Shown here piece after piece: positions 10,159-21,251 of a DNA stretch of 36,581 nucleotides. Under the pieces are notes generated by a model. The model worked only from the letters and a program-made list of their open reading frames with translations, was not told the DNA's origin and did no database searches. This DNA is from Atractiella rhizophila (Eukaryota): positions 12,510 through 49,090 of the forward strand of contig MU271532.1 of assembly GCA_021432655.1 (NCBI GenBank), given 5' to 3'. How positions within the stretch are numbered: the stretch's first letter is position 1; each line of letters begins with the position of its first letter. A program made the position numbers and the translations under genes.

Positions 10159-10631
10159 CTTTGCATGCAGCTCCACTCTGACTCGCTTCCAAAGGTTACT
10201 GAGAGGGGTGTGGGTGATGCTTTTGGCTAGGCTGAATCGTGTGCAATATGAAGTTTCATAAGTGACTGAGCCAAAAGCAAGACCTCATATCAGGGCAGAA
10301 CGCTTACCCCAAGCGATGCTCGACGTTTCAAGACAGAGGGCATCTAGCGCTTCTGTCCTGCCCCAAAACTGAAATGACGAGCAGACTTTTTTAGGAATTC
10401 GGCCTTGTCATGAAGTTCCTTGCCTGTATTGGGTGGAATTTTTGAAGCAGAAGAGTTGTCGTTTAAAGGTCTGCAAATCCTGTTGAAGTTCTCATATGCG
10501 AAACCGTTCGAGAAAGGATTGTTCGAAATCAGAGAAATTATGGGGTGGGTTTGGAGACGGAAATTGTTGGGAGGAAAGCTTTTCTGTTGGACAGGAGGGT
10601 GATTTTTGTGAATAGGTTGGGTATGTAGTCG

Positions 10632-11797
10632 TCAAAGGAAACGAGGGTACCGTTCGTACGTGATTGTCTTCCACCTTCCTACCATCCTAATATACTCGAT
10701 ATCAAACCCAAGTTGGAGGAGAAATGAGGCACCTCCGATGCGGAAGGAATGACCAGAGAAGTGGTTATAGCCTGCTGCTGACCAGATCTGGTTACATCGA
10801 TAGAGAAAAGCTGAACGGGTAAGAGCCCGAAGAGAGCCATCATTTTTCTTGTGATCAATATATGCAAATAGATGGTTAAGTGTGTTACTGGAGTTGTTGA
10901 TGCGAAGATGGTTAACTATGAGGTCCATTGTCCAGACATCGCCTAGTCTGGTCTGAGGAAGCCTCAAAACTCGAGAGTGACCGGGGGGAGGGATTTATCA
11001 TTCCGAAGAAGTATGCGGAGAAAGGGAAATCTTCTTCAGTAAGATGTCGGGAGAGATCATCACGAGTAATTGATTTCGCCGAATCAAAGGATTTGTGAGA
11101 TCGGACTGTGGTTTCCCCTAACCGGAAGAGGGAGAAAAAAGGTGATTATGGCACAGGCTAAAACAGCTGCATCAAAGCAATTAGAGTGATCGAGTTTGTC
11201 GACAAGAAGAAGAATCATTTTGAGCGTAACTGCTGGGCGCACAGCGGCCTTAAACAGGGTGCCTTGCTGGCGAGCAATGCCTTTGCAATAGAGAGTGAGC
11301 TCATCCGGCCTGTGTTCCCCATATCCAAGGAAAGCCATTAAGGAGATGCCAGGCCTTGAGGCCAGAGACGTAGTGCTCTGCTGTATTGATGGAGATGGAT
11401 TGTGATGGGGCAAGATCAGGGTGGATGCCATTCATAGGTGAAGAGCACCAAATAACAAAGCTGCATACCAAAGGTGCTGTGGCAGGGAAACGATCTGAAG
11501 GTGGGGCACACATTTTATCACAAAATTCGATGTATTTCGGAAGGGCAGAGGAGTAAGAGGCAAGTGTGCCTTTGCTGTAGGCATGTGACAAGGCATCTTT
11601 CTGAGCATGGCGATGATGGGATTGTCAATGATCAGATGTGTAGGATCAGGGTTGTGTGAACTTGTCCAGCCTGTAAGACGAGCAGCTCCTTTAAATGATG
11701 GTGAGTTGTGTATAGCCTTGAAAGTGGACAAGTCAGAACAGGCTTGGAAATTACGTAAATTCTTGAGAGCGTTATCAAAAAGGATCAGAGTTTCCAA
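10632..11797 (-). pseudogene. Tyrosine recombinase of the YR retrotransposon (frameshifted)
   Basis: N-terminal AYSKGTLASYSSA..YVSGLKAWH; RPAVTLKMI..DAAVLACAIITFF; catalytic SGHSFRIGGAS..VGRWKT..YERY. Confidence 0.9.
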
Positions 11798-12199
11798 ATC
11801 TGGATTGGATGTGTGGGAGGCTGGGGTAATACTTGGGAAATGGTATTGGCTCGCAAATTTAACAGCAGATGCATTAGGCTGGTTTGGAGGGTAGTTAGAG
11901 AGAGAAGAGTTTTTTCCGCCGATTAACTGCAGCTGCCCTGACTCTCCTGTGTGAGGTAGGAGACATCTTGGAAGGCATTAGAAAGACAGATGGGGAGACT
12001 ATGTGGTCATAGAGGGGCAGAGCAAAGAAGGAGGTATAAGAATAGGACTGATTTTGTGGGCACGTGCGAGACGAACGAGGGATACAAGGCGAACAAGGCG
12101 GGGACACATGCATTTAGGTTTTATGCATCTTGAGAAACATGAGAAAGTTCGGTAAAGGAATTAAATGAGCTAACAATATGTGAGATGTGATGAGGCGAA

Positions 12200-14000
12200 G
12201 GGATAGGGACAAAGTAAGAAGGGGAAAAAGCAGAAAATTCGCCACGAGAGAGAGGGTCAGCAAGATTGTTAGCAGACGGCACATAAACGGGAACAAATGG
12301 ACAAAGAGAGAGTGTGACAAAGAGAAAATACGAAGCAAAGCAGAATTTATAATCGAATTAGAGCCCCAACCAGATTTGTAGGCACCCTGTGCCCCTGTAT
12401 TGTCTGTGTGGAGAATAATTGAGCGCTCAACATATTCGCTGGGATATAACAGAAGTGTTAGGGGACAAGAGAAGAGATTGAAAGAGAAGGGCTCCGAGTT
12501 CAATAGCAAGCATTTCCCCTACTCCAATCTTCCCATCAGGGTCCTTTACATCAGCTTCTAATTTCCACACAGACCAATATTTCCCTATTACAACTCCCAA
12601 TCCCCACGATGTGCTAGCGTCACCAAACCATCCAAAATCGAGAGGGTTGTTGGAGTCACTTGGATAGAAGAATGGTGGAGAGTCTAGAAGGGAGTGGAGG
12701 AGAGAGAAGGGTGTTACGAACTGGCTGAGATACAAATTTTGATACAATGTGCAGCCTCCTCTCCCTCCTTCTGTTCAATTGCAAGAAATTGTGTTTAAGT
12801 GCATAAAGAGGGGCGAGGTGAGGGCGTAAATGAGGAGCAATGAGGAGAATATGAACAAGAAAACCTAAGAGATACTCAAGCTGTGCAAAATCAAAGCAAT
12901 AATGTGGGCGCGAGAAAAAACTGAAGAGTAAAAACTTTGTAAAACTTAAGTTCAGGCAAAGGAGATCCGTCGTGAAGGAACAGACCAGATAAAGCCGAGG
13001 TATTTCCAAGTTTGTGAAAAATAAGCCTTTGTGGATGAGATGGGAACACCTAATATACGAAGGACAGAGAGGACATCGTCTGCATCAAACCACACATTTT
13101 GAGACCGGGAGCGAGTTAGGAAATTATCGTCTACCCAATGAAAACCTTTGGGAAAACCTAGACCATGAAGGATGTCTATCCAGCATTTGTTGAAAGTGGT
13201 ATACATGCCTGGGCAGGATGTGCAGCCGAAGCTGGCTACGACATCGACCCAGAAATTATTGTCAAAATCTTTGAAGCAAAAACCAACGCCGAGAAGAGGC
13301 ATCCGTGCTGAAAGTTCGAAAGGCATCCTCAACATCAAGAACTAGGATCTCAGCATCATTTGGAAGTGAAATAAGAAGTTGAGCAGTACGATCAAAGCCG
13401 TCCCAATCACAAGGAAATTTGGTTTTGTCGATGAAAGAGTTAACGGAAGCGAAAAGGAGGTGGGCAAGGTTTCTTGACTTTGCGGGAGAAGTCTACCACA
13501 AGTCGATATTTGCCAGGCGAGCCAGCCTTGTCGACAATAGAGATTGGGTTAGTTCGCCAGACACCATCGAAGTGCTGATCCATTTGGGTTTCAGAAAAAG
13601 GTCCTAGTAAACGTAATTTCGATTTTTCTTTTTGGCACCAATCACGAACAAAAGCTAATTTGTTATTGTCCATGTATTTCGTCGAAGAATTTGGTGGAAG
13701 CAGCTTCACATAATCGATTCCATTAATACCAGCATTATATCCGAAACGAATGAGATTTGGAACATTAAGCGAAGGTGATAAGTACTTCTCCTGTAAGTTA
13801 CAAATCGTGATAAGTCGTTCAAAGGCATCCGGGTCATAAGAGGAGATAATTTGCTTATTGGGATTGCCAAGATTTGAGATCCAAGGAAGGGGGTTAGATA
13901 CCTTAAGAGGGACTTCGATTGGAGTGGGGAGTGTGGAGGCAAGCTCGGCAATGAGCCTTATCGCAGAGAGAACAGATGTGTAATCCTCCACGACAATGTT
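12200..14000 (-). pseudogene. Reverse transcriptase / RNase H of the YR retrotransposon (frameshifted; limits approximate)
   Basis: PISIVDKAGSPGKYRLVVDFS, FGCTSCPG, HWVDDNF, KYLGFIW; RNase H motifs WFGDASTSWGLG, GEMLAIELG, LHTDNTG. The reading frame overlaps the gag 3' end. Confidence 0.9.
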
Positions 14001-16244
14001 CTCCCTCTCCTCCAAAGCGGCATCCATTTTTCCTGATTTGATAATATCGGCATATCGGTTTACGGTCTCCTTGAGAGATGAGTTTACCAGCGACTTGAGA
14101 CGGATGCCGCAAATCTTTGGAAACATTGACATCTTCAATCTTGAGGGCAGCACACCGGTCGATGCTGTGGCCAAGGCGGTTGCATCTGTAGCAGTGGATG
14201 GGTTGTTGGAAGGACGAGGTGGAGCGTTGTGATGGGCTATTGCCCGGGTTTTGCGCACGAAAGGGCTGTCGAAAAGACTGAGATAGAAGGGTATTCGAAG
14301 TCCCAAGAGAAAACGAAGTGTTACCAATTGGTAAGGAAGATTTAAGCTGAACGAGATCGGAAACTTCCATCCTAGCATCATTGAACATGATCTCCCAGTT
14401 ATCTTCTGAACCAAAGTGGGCTCGGTGACATTGCTCATGAATTTTCCGAACACGTCGTTCAACTTTAAGAAGAATTGGCCACTGCCCCCCTAGCTCAGGG
14501 CAAGCGATGCGTGAACGGTTATACTTTGCATGCATCCAATGTTGAAGGCGTTGCATTTGAGCGAGCACACCATTAGGTTTTATTCCCTGGGCCATTTCTA
14601 GTTGCTCACCCTCAAGGAGGATGCGGCAGTACACTTCAAATCCAAAGTCCCAATCTGCTTTCGATGTGAGAAGGGCATCGGCCTCATACTTGCGGAAGAT
14701 GGAAAGTCCCTGTTGGCGAAATGCTGTGTCGCGTACTGCTTGGTTCTCAGAATTGAGGCTCCCTTTCGACTCGTTGAACTCTGCTTCCACCTTACGCTTG
14801 GTGGATTCTGCGAAAATATTGAGTGGAACGTAAGCATGAGGATGATGTTGAATCCATTCTTCGACACGAGGAGCAACAGACTGGAAGAGTGAGTATGAGT
14901 AAACATTTTGGAGAAGTAAATTCTGAAAGTAAACATATAAATGAATTAGAGGAGAAGTGCATTGGAAGATGGAATTTGTCTCATTTGAGATGTACATTTG
15001 GATAAGTGAATTCTGGGGAAGTGATTTGGTTGTGAACCAGGCAGAGTAACTGCGATGAGAGAGAGGGAGAAGTCAATATGAAGAGCACAACCTTGCATAG
15101 GGATTGATGAATTAGGAGAGATGTCTCCGAAATAAGAATCGGAGAACTAGATGGAATAAAGACTTACCTCGAGGAAGAGGGAAGGATTCATATTAGGGTC
15201 AATGTCTAATGTCTGGTCACGTTTCGATGACCAGGCATCTTTCACCAGGTCCTTCCTAGACTTTGTAGTATCTCCACATTGAGTGCCAGCAGTGCTTGTA
15301 TTTTCGATAGGGCCGCTGATTCTACGTCGCTTGCACTCATCAACGGAGGGTAAGTCATCCAGGTCAAAAAGAACACGTTTTTTCTGAATTGGAATGGAAT
15401 TGGAACCGGATGCGATAGGAGGAGCTGGGTGGGCGGAAATGGAGGGAAGGAAAGAAGAGGCAGAAGATGCGACTGGAGGATGGCTAGAAGAGGAGGAAAT
15501 TTGGCGAAGAGCTTGAAGTTCGAATTCAAGGGATGCAATCCTCGTGAGTGCAGCTTCAAGAGAATCATCCTTCTCCTTAGCTGCAGATACTGCTTTTGCA
15601 AGCTCAATCTCACACTTTCCAATATGGGAAACATAATCCCGCGCGAGAATGAGACATGAGAAGTAGCGATCTTGCAGGAGTACGATAAGATCAAGTGTCT
15701 TTGAGGGTGGGAGACCGTTACATTGACGGATCCAGTGCTCTCGATCTTCGCTGGAATCAATAAATTCGGAAGCAGATCGTAGAGTATTAAAAAATTTATG
15801 AGTGCTAGTGAGGTTCCGTGGATCCTCCAAGCGTGGTAAGCCCAAGATCATTGGTAAATCTGGATGAGACGCGAAGTATGATTTGACTAAATCGCCAATG
15901 CTTCTCTGGCCCATCGGAGGTGGGGCAACATTGAGAACCTCCAGGTCCGGGGAAACTTCCCTGCTGAGTGGCGCTTTGCTTTTGCCTTTATCTCTAGGTG
16001 GTATCAAAGGATCAGTATCGGCATCGGAGGAAGGGTCCTGTGGGCGAGGTGCAGATGCAGAAGGAGTGGTTGTTGCCTTGGTCTGCGAGGAATATGCAGA
16101 CAGTGAGGTGTGTGGGGAACGATTGGAAGAGGGTGGCAATGGTAGAATCAGGAACCCATGTATCAAGGCTAGGAAAAAACTTGTGGGTAGAAAAGAACCC
16201 CTCTGATTTAACATCTGCCGGGAGTGCTGAACATGCCCTTTCAA
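13903..16244 (-). CDS. Gag-like protein of the YR retrotransposon, probably two exons (16244-15168 and 14922-13903)
   Basis: Coiled-coil-like ORF 15147-16244 and ORF 13903-14997. The latter has a CCHC knuckle (CYRCNRLGHSIDRC) and a Cys/His cluster (CRYYQ..C..C..HICSLC..H..C). They can be joined in frame by a GTAAGT..CTAAT..TTTCAG intron. Start codon uncertain. Confidence 0.7.
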
Positions 16245-16515
16245 AGAGTGGCAAGTTTTCAGGAGAGTCCGGCATTCTTAATCTCTGGGACCATAAGTTG
16301 GAGAACACCTCCTTTGCCACGCCAGAACCAAAGTAATTTTCCGCCATTATTGATTTGAAGTAGAGAAACTAGCAAGCAGGTTGGAGCTGCGATGCTAGCA
16401 AGAAGTTGAGGGGGGTGAGGTGGTTGTAATTCATTCATTCAAGCGACGTACGTTCGCGCTCATTCAAAGACCGGGCTATCTCCTCGTTCGTTTCTCGCTT
16501 CACAGAAGCCACACT

Positions 16516-19500
16516 GTCCAAGTATAGGCCGACAGTCTCAACTGACTGACCCTGTGACTTGTTGATAGTGAGGCAGAATGCTGACTTGATTGGGAATTGA
16601 AACTGGCGTAGGACAAAGGGAAATGAATTGGAGACTTTGCTATCCAAGGCGATGCGTGGAATGAGAACTGAGTTGCCTACGAATGCACCTGTGACAATTG
16701 TCGCCTCGATGACGCGAGAGAGTAGCTGGGTGACGATCAAACGTGTACCATTAAAGAGCCCAGCAGAAGGTTAAGGTTTCGAATGAGGATGATAGGGGCT
16801 CCGACTTTGAGATGCAAGCAATGAAGAGGAAGGCTGTAACATTGAGAGTATTAAGGTACTCAACCATAAAGCCTTCCTGAACATTCTCATTGTCATCCAT
16901 CAAATGATCAGCACTGAGATAAATTCGTTTCTGTCGGGAGATATATTGTCCGATAAGCTGATTGTTTATCAGGTCAACATCAAAGTTTTGGGCAGTGAGG
17001 ACCATGCACCCTTGGAAATATTGCCTCAGCTGATCATGATATAGGCTTCAGTTATGGTGTTCAGCCCAGGATAGATGTCATTTAAGAGACCTTCCAGGCC
17101 ATGTGATTGTGGGATTATTGTTCCACCCTTCATGGTCAATGGACCACAACCACAATCATCTAGGTTATCAGTTACACCATTTCCAACTGACAGCAACCAA
17201 TCAGCAAAGTCAGAAGCGATAGCAAAGTCATCGGCTGTCATATCAGCCTGGTAACAGAGAACATGCATGTTGACTGTAAGAGGAAGGGTCCTAACTGCTG
17301 GCCAAAATGGACTGTTGATGATACATGCATCAACAATCTGTGCACGTAAAGCCTTAGGAATGACAGAGAGGCAACCTAATCTATTTATCAGAGGTGAACT
17401 CTTTGAATTATTCTACTTACCACTGAGAACAAAAATTACTCCACCAAAAGGTGCATCTACTTTATGCATATCTCCAGCATCTGCTCGACTGCCTCAAAGC
17501 ACCAACGATGGCTTATACCCACTTCATCCCATATTATCAATTCTGCCTCACGGCAAAGTCGTCCATGATCACTCTGAGCCTTAACACCACAGATTGAATC
17601 TGATTCAAGGTCCAATGGTATTTGGAAGTGTCTGTGGGCAGTTCGTCCCCCTTCCAATAGGATAGCAGCAATGCCTGAGGAGGCCACAGTGCAATCTTCC
17701 CAGTTGAACGAACTTTGGCAAGTAGTAAGTTTTCAACAAAAGTCTTTCCTATCCCACCTGTGCCATCAATGAAGAACGACCTCCACTTCTCACTTTCCAA
17801 GATGCTATAATGGTGTCATAAGCATGACATTGGTCCTGATTAAGCAACAGCAGCTCCTTGTTGAGACACTCTTGCCGTTGCAGATGATCATATGCAGCTC
17901 TTCACCAATTATCCTTGTCTCACCCCCACCTTTCTAACCTCTCTGTCGGCTGTGGTAGTCCAAAATCAGACAGAGACTTTGTATGAGCCTGTAAGAGATC
18001 TTCAATCTCAAGAAGACAGAGACTGATGATTTGTTCTTCTTGTAGATTGGCTATGCTGTACTTTGTCTGCAGTAAGTGTTTGCAATCATTGCTAAGTCGT
18101 TGATGATGGTTGTTCCATAACCTTCTTGGTTCACTTGTGAAACCAAAAAGAAGGATATAGACAAAAAGAGACCACATAGCGTGACCATTCTTGACTGAGC
18201 TGGCTTCCTCAAGGCAAAAGTCCATTCTTCATCGCTTTCTAAAAGTCCCAGAGCCACACATGCAGCCTTAAATGTTTCATAAACCCTTCCCTCCACAGTC
18301 CGAACATTCTCAAAAGACTTTGGGCTGGCTACCTTATGTAAGAGAAGTCAGAGGTAGAAAAGCTCTCCTTGTAATGGTGCAACATAGTAGATCCTTCCAA
18401 TAGCTTCTCCTCTCTGCCTGATTTTCCATGACCGTGTGTTTGACTTCCAAGGAAGGTATTGAGGTGCTTTTAGATATGTCAAGTCCTCAGTAATGTCAGG
18501 GTGTTCCATGTAGAAGTCAAAAAATTGGGTTAGTGTTGTTTTGCTAATGTTTGGCCTAGAAAGGATATCATTGAGGGACTCTTCCTTCGGATTGAATGTG
18601 ATAGACTGTTGATTGGGAAGGTGGATGGCTAATCGCTTGACTGTTGGAAAATGGTGATGCAATTGAAAGCGAAAGATACGGTAACAGGCTAAGACATATG
18701 TCAGACAGTCTAAAATATGGTCTCAAAACTGCTTACCTTCAGAAGATCTAATGAATCTAGCATCGAGATACTCTTGGATCTCATCCACCTCTTGAGCAGC
18801 ATTGCCCCTTGTATCATGAACAATAGCTTGGGCTCGATCGTGACCTTTATATATATATTTGAAAGAGATATTTCACAGATTTGATAGAGATGCACGGTTT
18901 GATGTTTATATGAGCCATAAAGCGTCGAAGAATGTATGGCTTGAATGGTACGACCCAACGATTATCGTAGATAAATCCATTTGGTGTTTTCTGAAACGTA
19001 CGTCCATTGTCACGGTGTCGATAAGTTGGATATCCATCGTCATTGATGCCTGTCTCTACTGCAAATGGTTTGGGGTACCCCTTGCTACAGATCTTTCTGC
19101 CTGGCCTTTTAGGATCCTCTACCATGCAGGGACTATCTGGATTAATGTCTCCACATGGTCCATGAAGCATATGCTGACACACAATATCTCGGGTCAGCAT
19201 CTTTGTCTGGTAGTTTGGCGGATACAACACGGCCGATAGCTTCAGTGTCCCTAATGGTATCTCGTGGATGAAAAATGATGAGAATATGAGCATGAGGTAG
19301 ACCACGTTTCTGAAACTCATTACCCAAACAAATCCAACTGTCCTCCCAAAGATTGCGTTCTCTTTGATCTCCCGCATATAGGCTTGAACCTTTACACTGA
19401 AGGCCCTAGAGACCAAATCTGGTCTGTCTCGGTTTGTCCAGGCAGTAACCGAGGATTGCAGGTAAATGTTGTAAAGATAGTAGGAGAGCTGTTGATTCAT

Positions 19501-20741
19501 CTTTGATTTATCTGCAGAGGACTGCTGTGATAAGGGCAGAATAGTTCGCCTGCTAATATTTACACGGTCTTGTCCATCCTCCAAGGCATCACCAAGCCCA
19601 GCACAAGACTCTGTTCGGGGTAATCCTTGATTGAATCGAAGGAAGTTCAATCGTCCACTTTCAATTGGGCATATGCATCACAAACAAATTCCTGAAAGAG
19701 TCGGCCACCATGATGAATGAGAGAAGGTGTCCTTTTTGAGATAGTGAAGGTAAGAGTAGTAGTTCATTTGAGTAACGTGATCCTGTTCTCCCATGTTTCC
19801 AACGATTTGTCCATCATCATTTCAATATTCCTCTTGTGGTCTAGGTCGAAGCAAATCTTTGTCCTGTAGGGGAATATACGCATGCCATCCTTGCTCACCA
19901 TAAGGGAACAAAAGAGGACAGTGGAAGGTAGTTCGCATTCTGATCACTGACTTTGTTGTAATACCACAGACCATCAGGACGCGTAAGTTTGACTATAATG
20001 TCTCGTGTAACCCCTGCTGAGGCTCCTGATTCCCCTCCAATGAGTAGAACTGCTATTTCTGCTATCCCATGGCCTTTTGGCTTATTGTATCGCTGAGGGT
20101 TCTTATCCTTGAGATCAATAGTCCGAAGGTGTAGTTGTAGTGTTGGAGTGTCTTGCATTTGCTCCTTTGCAATTTGATAGATATATGGTCAGGGATTCTT
20201 GCGCCAGATCATCTCTTGAAGTCTTAATATATTCTCCTTTAACTTACTCCCCCAGCAACTCCTAACCTCTGCTGGATCTGTTCTGATGGATCAAGCATGT
20301 AGATCTGTGCAAATTTCTCCTCACCATCAGAGTCTGGTAGCAGTGCCACAATTCAATGACAAAGCTCTCCAGATCCGGAAAGAATAAACTCCATGACCTG
20401 GAATAGGAGGTTGCTTGACACCAAAAGAAGTAAAGGAAAGAGCGTTGTTATAGGAACTTATATTCTTGTGGAACTGTTTGATTCTGGTGTTTCAGGATTA
20501 AGAAGCTGGAGTAGTTCTGGAAGTGCTCGTTCCTATTGCCGAATCTCACAGGTCAAATGTTGAGAAAATGTGGGTTGTGTAAGCTGAAAGCGCTGAGGTA
20601 ACCCTTCAGCACACCTCTCTGAACGGCGGGGAGGATCAATGGGCTATCTTGTCGTCTCTGGTGCTGGGAACAAATTTGTGTCTCAGCACCTTTTTTTTGC
20701 TTGGAACAGGGCATAATAAGTCTACTTGGCCGTCAGAAGCA
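16516..20741 (-). mobile_element. Helitron RepHel main body, degenerate and 5'-truncated
   Basis: YNNALSFTSFG (~20450), DRPDLVSRAF, Rep HUH motif EFQKRGLPHAHILI (~19300), HGPCG..PCM..CSKGYPK, DNRWVVP, SVKYLF; helicase Walker A FFIDGTGGIGKTF, SSGIAAILLEGGRTAH, IIWDE, TINKSQGQS. Many frameshifts and deletions. Confidence 0.95.
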
Positions 20742-21251
20742 TGTAAGAGGCGTTATTTGTCAGGCTTGCCCTTACACATTACAGAAATGCAGTGTCTGAA
20801 GTCACGTGACGTACTTTACCACATGCAGTGGATCACGTGCCTACCCATCACCGCTTTGCTCATGCCCTCGCTGTCCGCTGCTTTCCCTTTCCCCACACAA
20901 ATCACTACTCAGCAAACCTTATACATTTCGCCGGTCTGCACCATCCCCATTTTCACTTTATTATCCTTTCTCACTAGTACTGCTCAGTATATCTTATTTC
21001 TGAGTATTCCCTTTATTGCTTTCCTGATCTAGCTATCTTACATGTTTCAAGAAACATACATTACAGTTTATGGCAGTGCCTTTACATATGTATATATACA
21101 TCGAGATGTAGTGGTGGTGACCTTAGAGTATTCTCTTCGGTTTATCTCCTCCACTACAGGTTAGTCTTCTCATGCCATACTATTCTCTTAGGTTTACCTC
21201 CACTACAGGCGCACTGCCCGTCGGCGACCGCACATAGTGTTTGCCCTAACA
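20742..21251 (+). mobile_element. Solo-type LTR (~510 bp) without matching TSD
   Basis: Starts TGTAAG where the Helitron coding sequence stops and ends CTAACA, with an internal TATATATA. The 3' half is similar to 7670-7880. The flanks AAGCA / GTAGT do not match. The 5' end could alternatively be TGTCAG at 20758. Confidence 0.7.

Larger units (their letters stand above)
10159..16515 (-). mobile_element. Tyrosine-recombinase retrotransposon (DIRS order, Ngaro-like), ~6.36 kb, inserted in the Helitron helicase
   Basis: Gag-like, RT/RNase H and YR coding regions in that order on the minus strand. Removing 10159-16515 restores TINKSQGQSVETVGLYLD|IPVFAHGQLY with no target-site duplication (1-nt boundary ambiguity). 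Confidence 0.9.
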
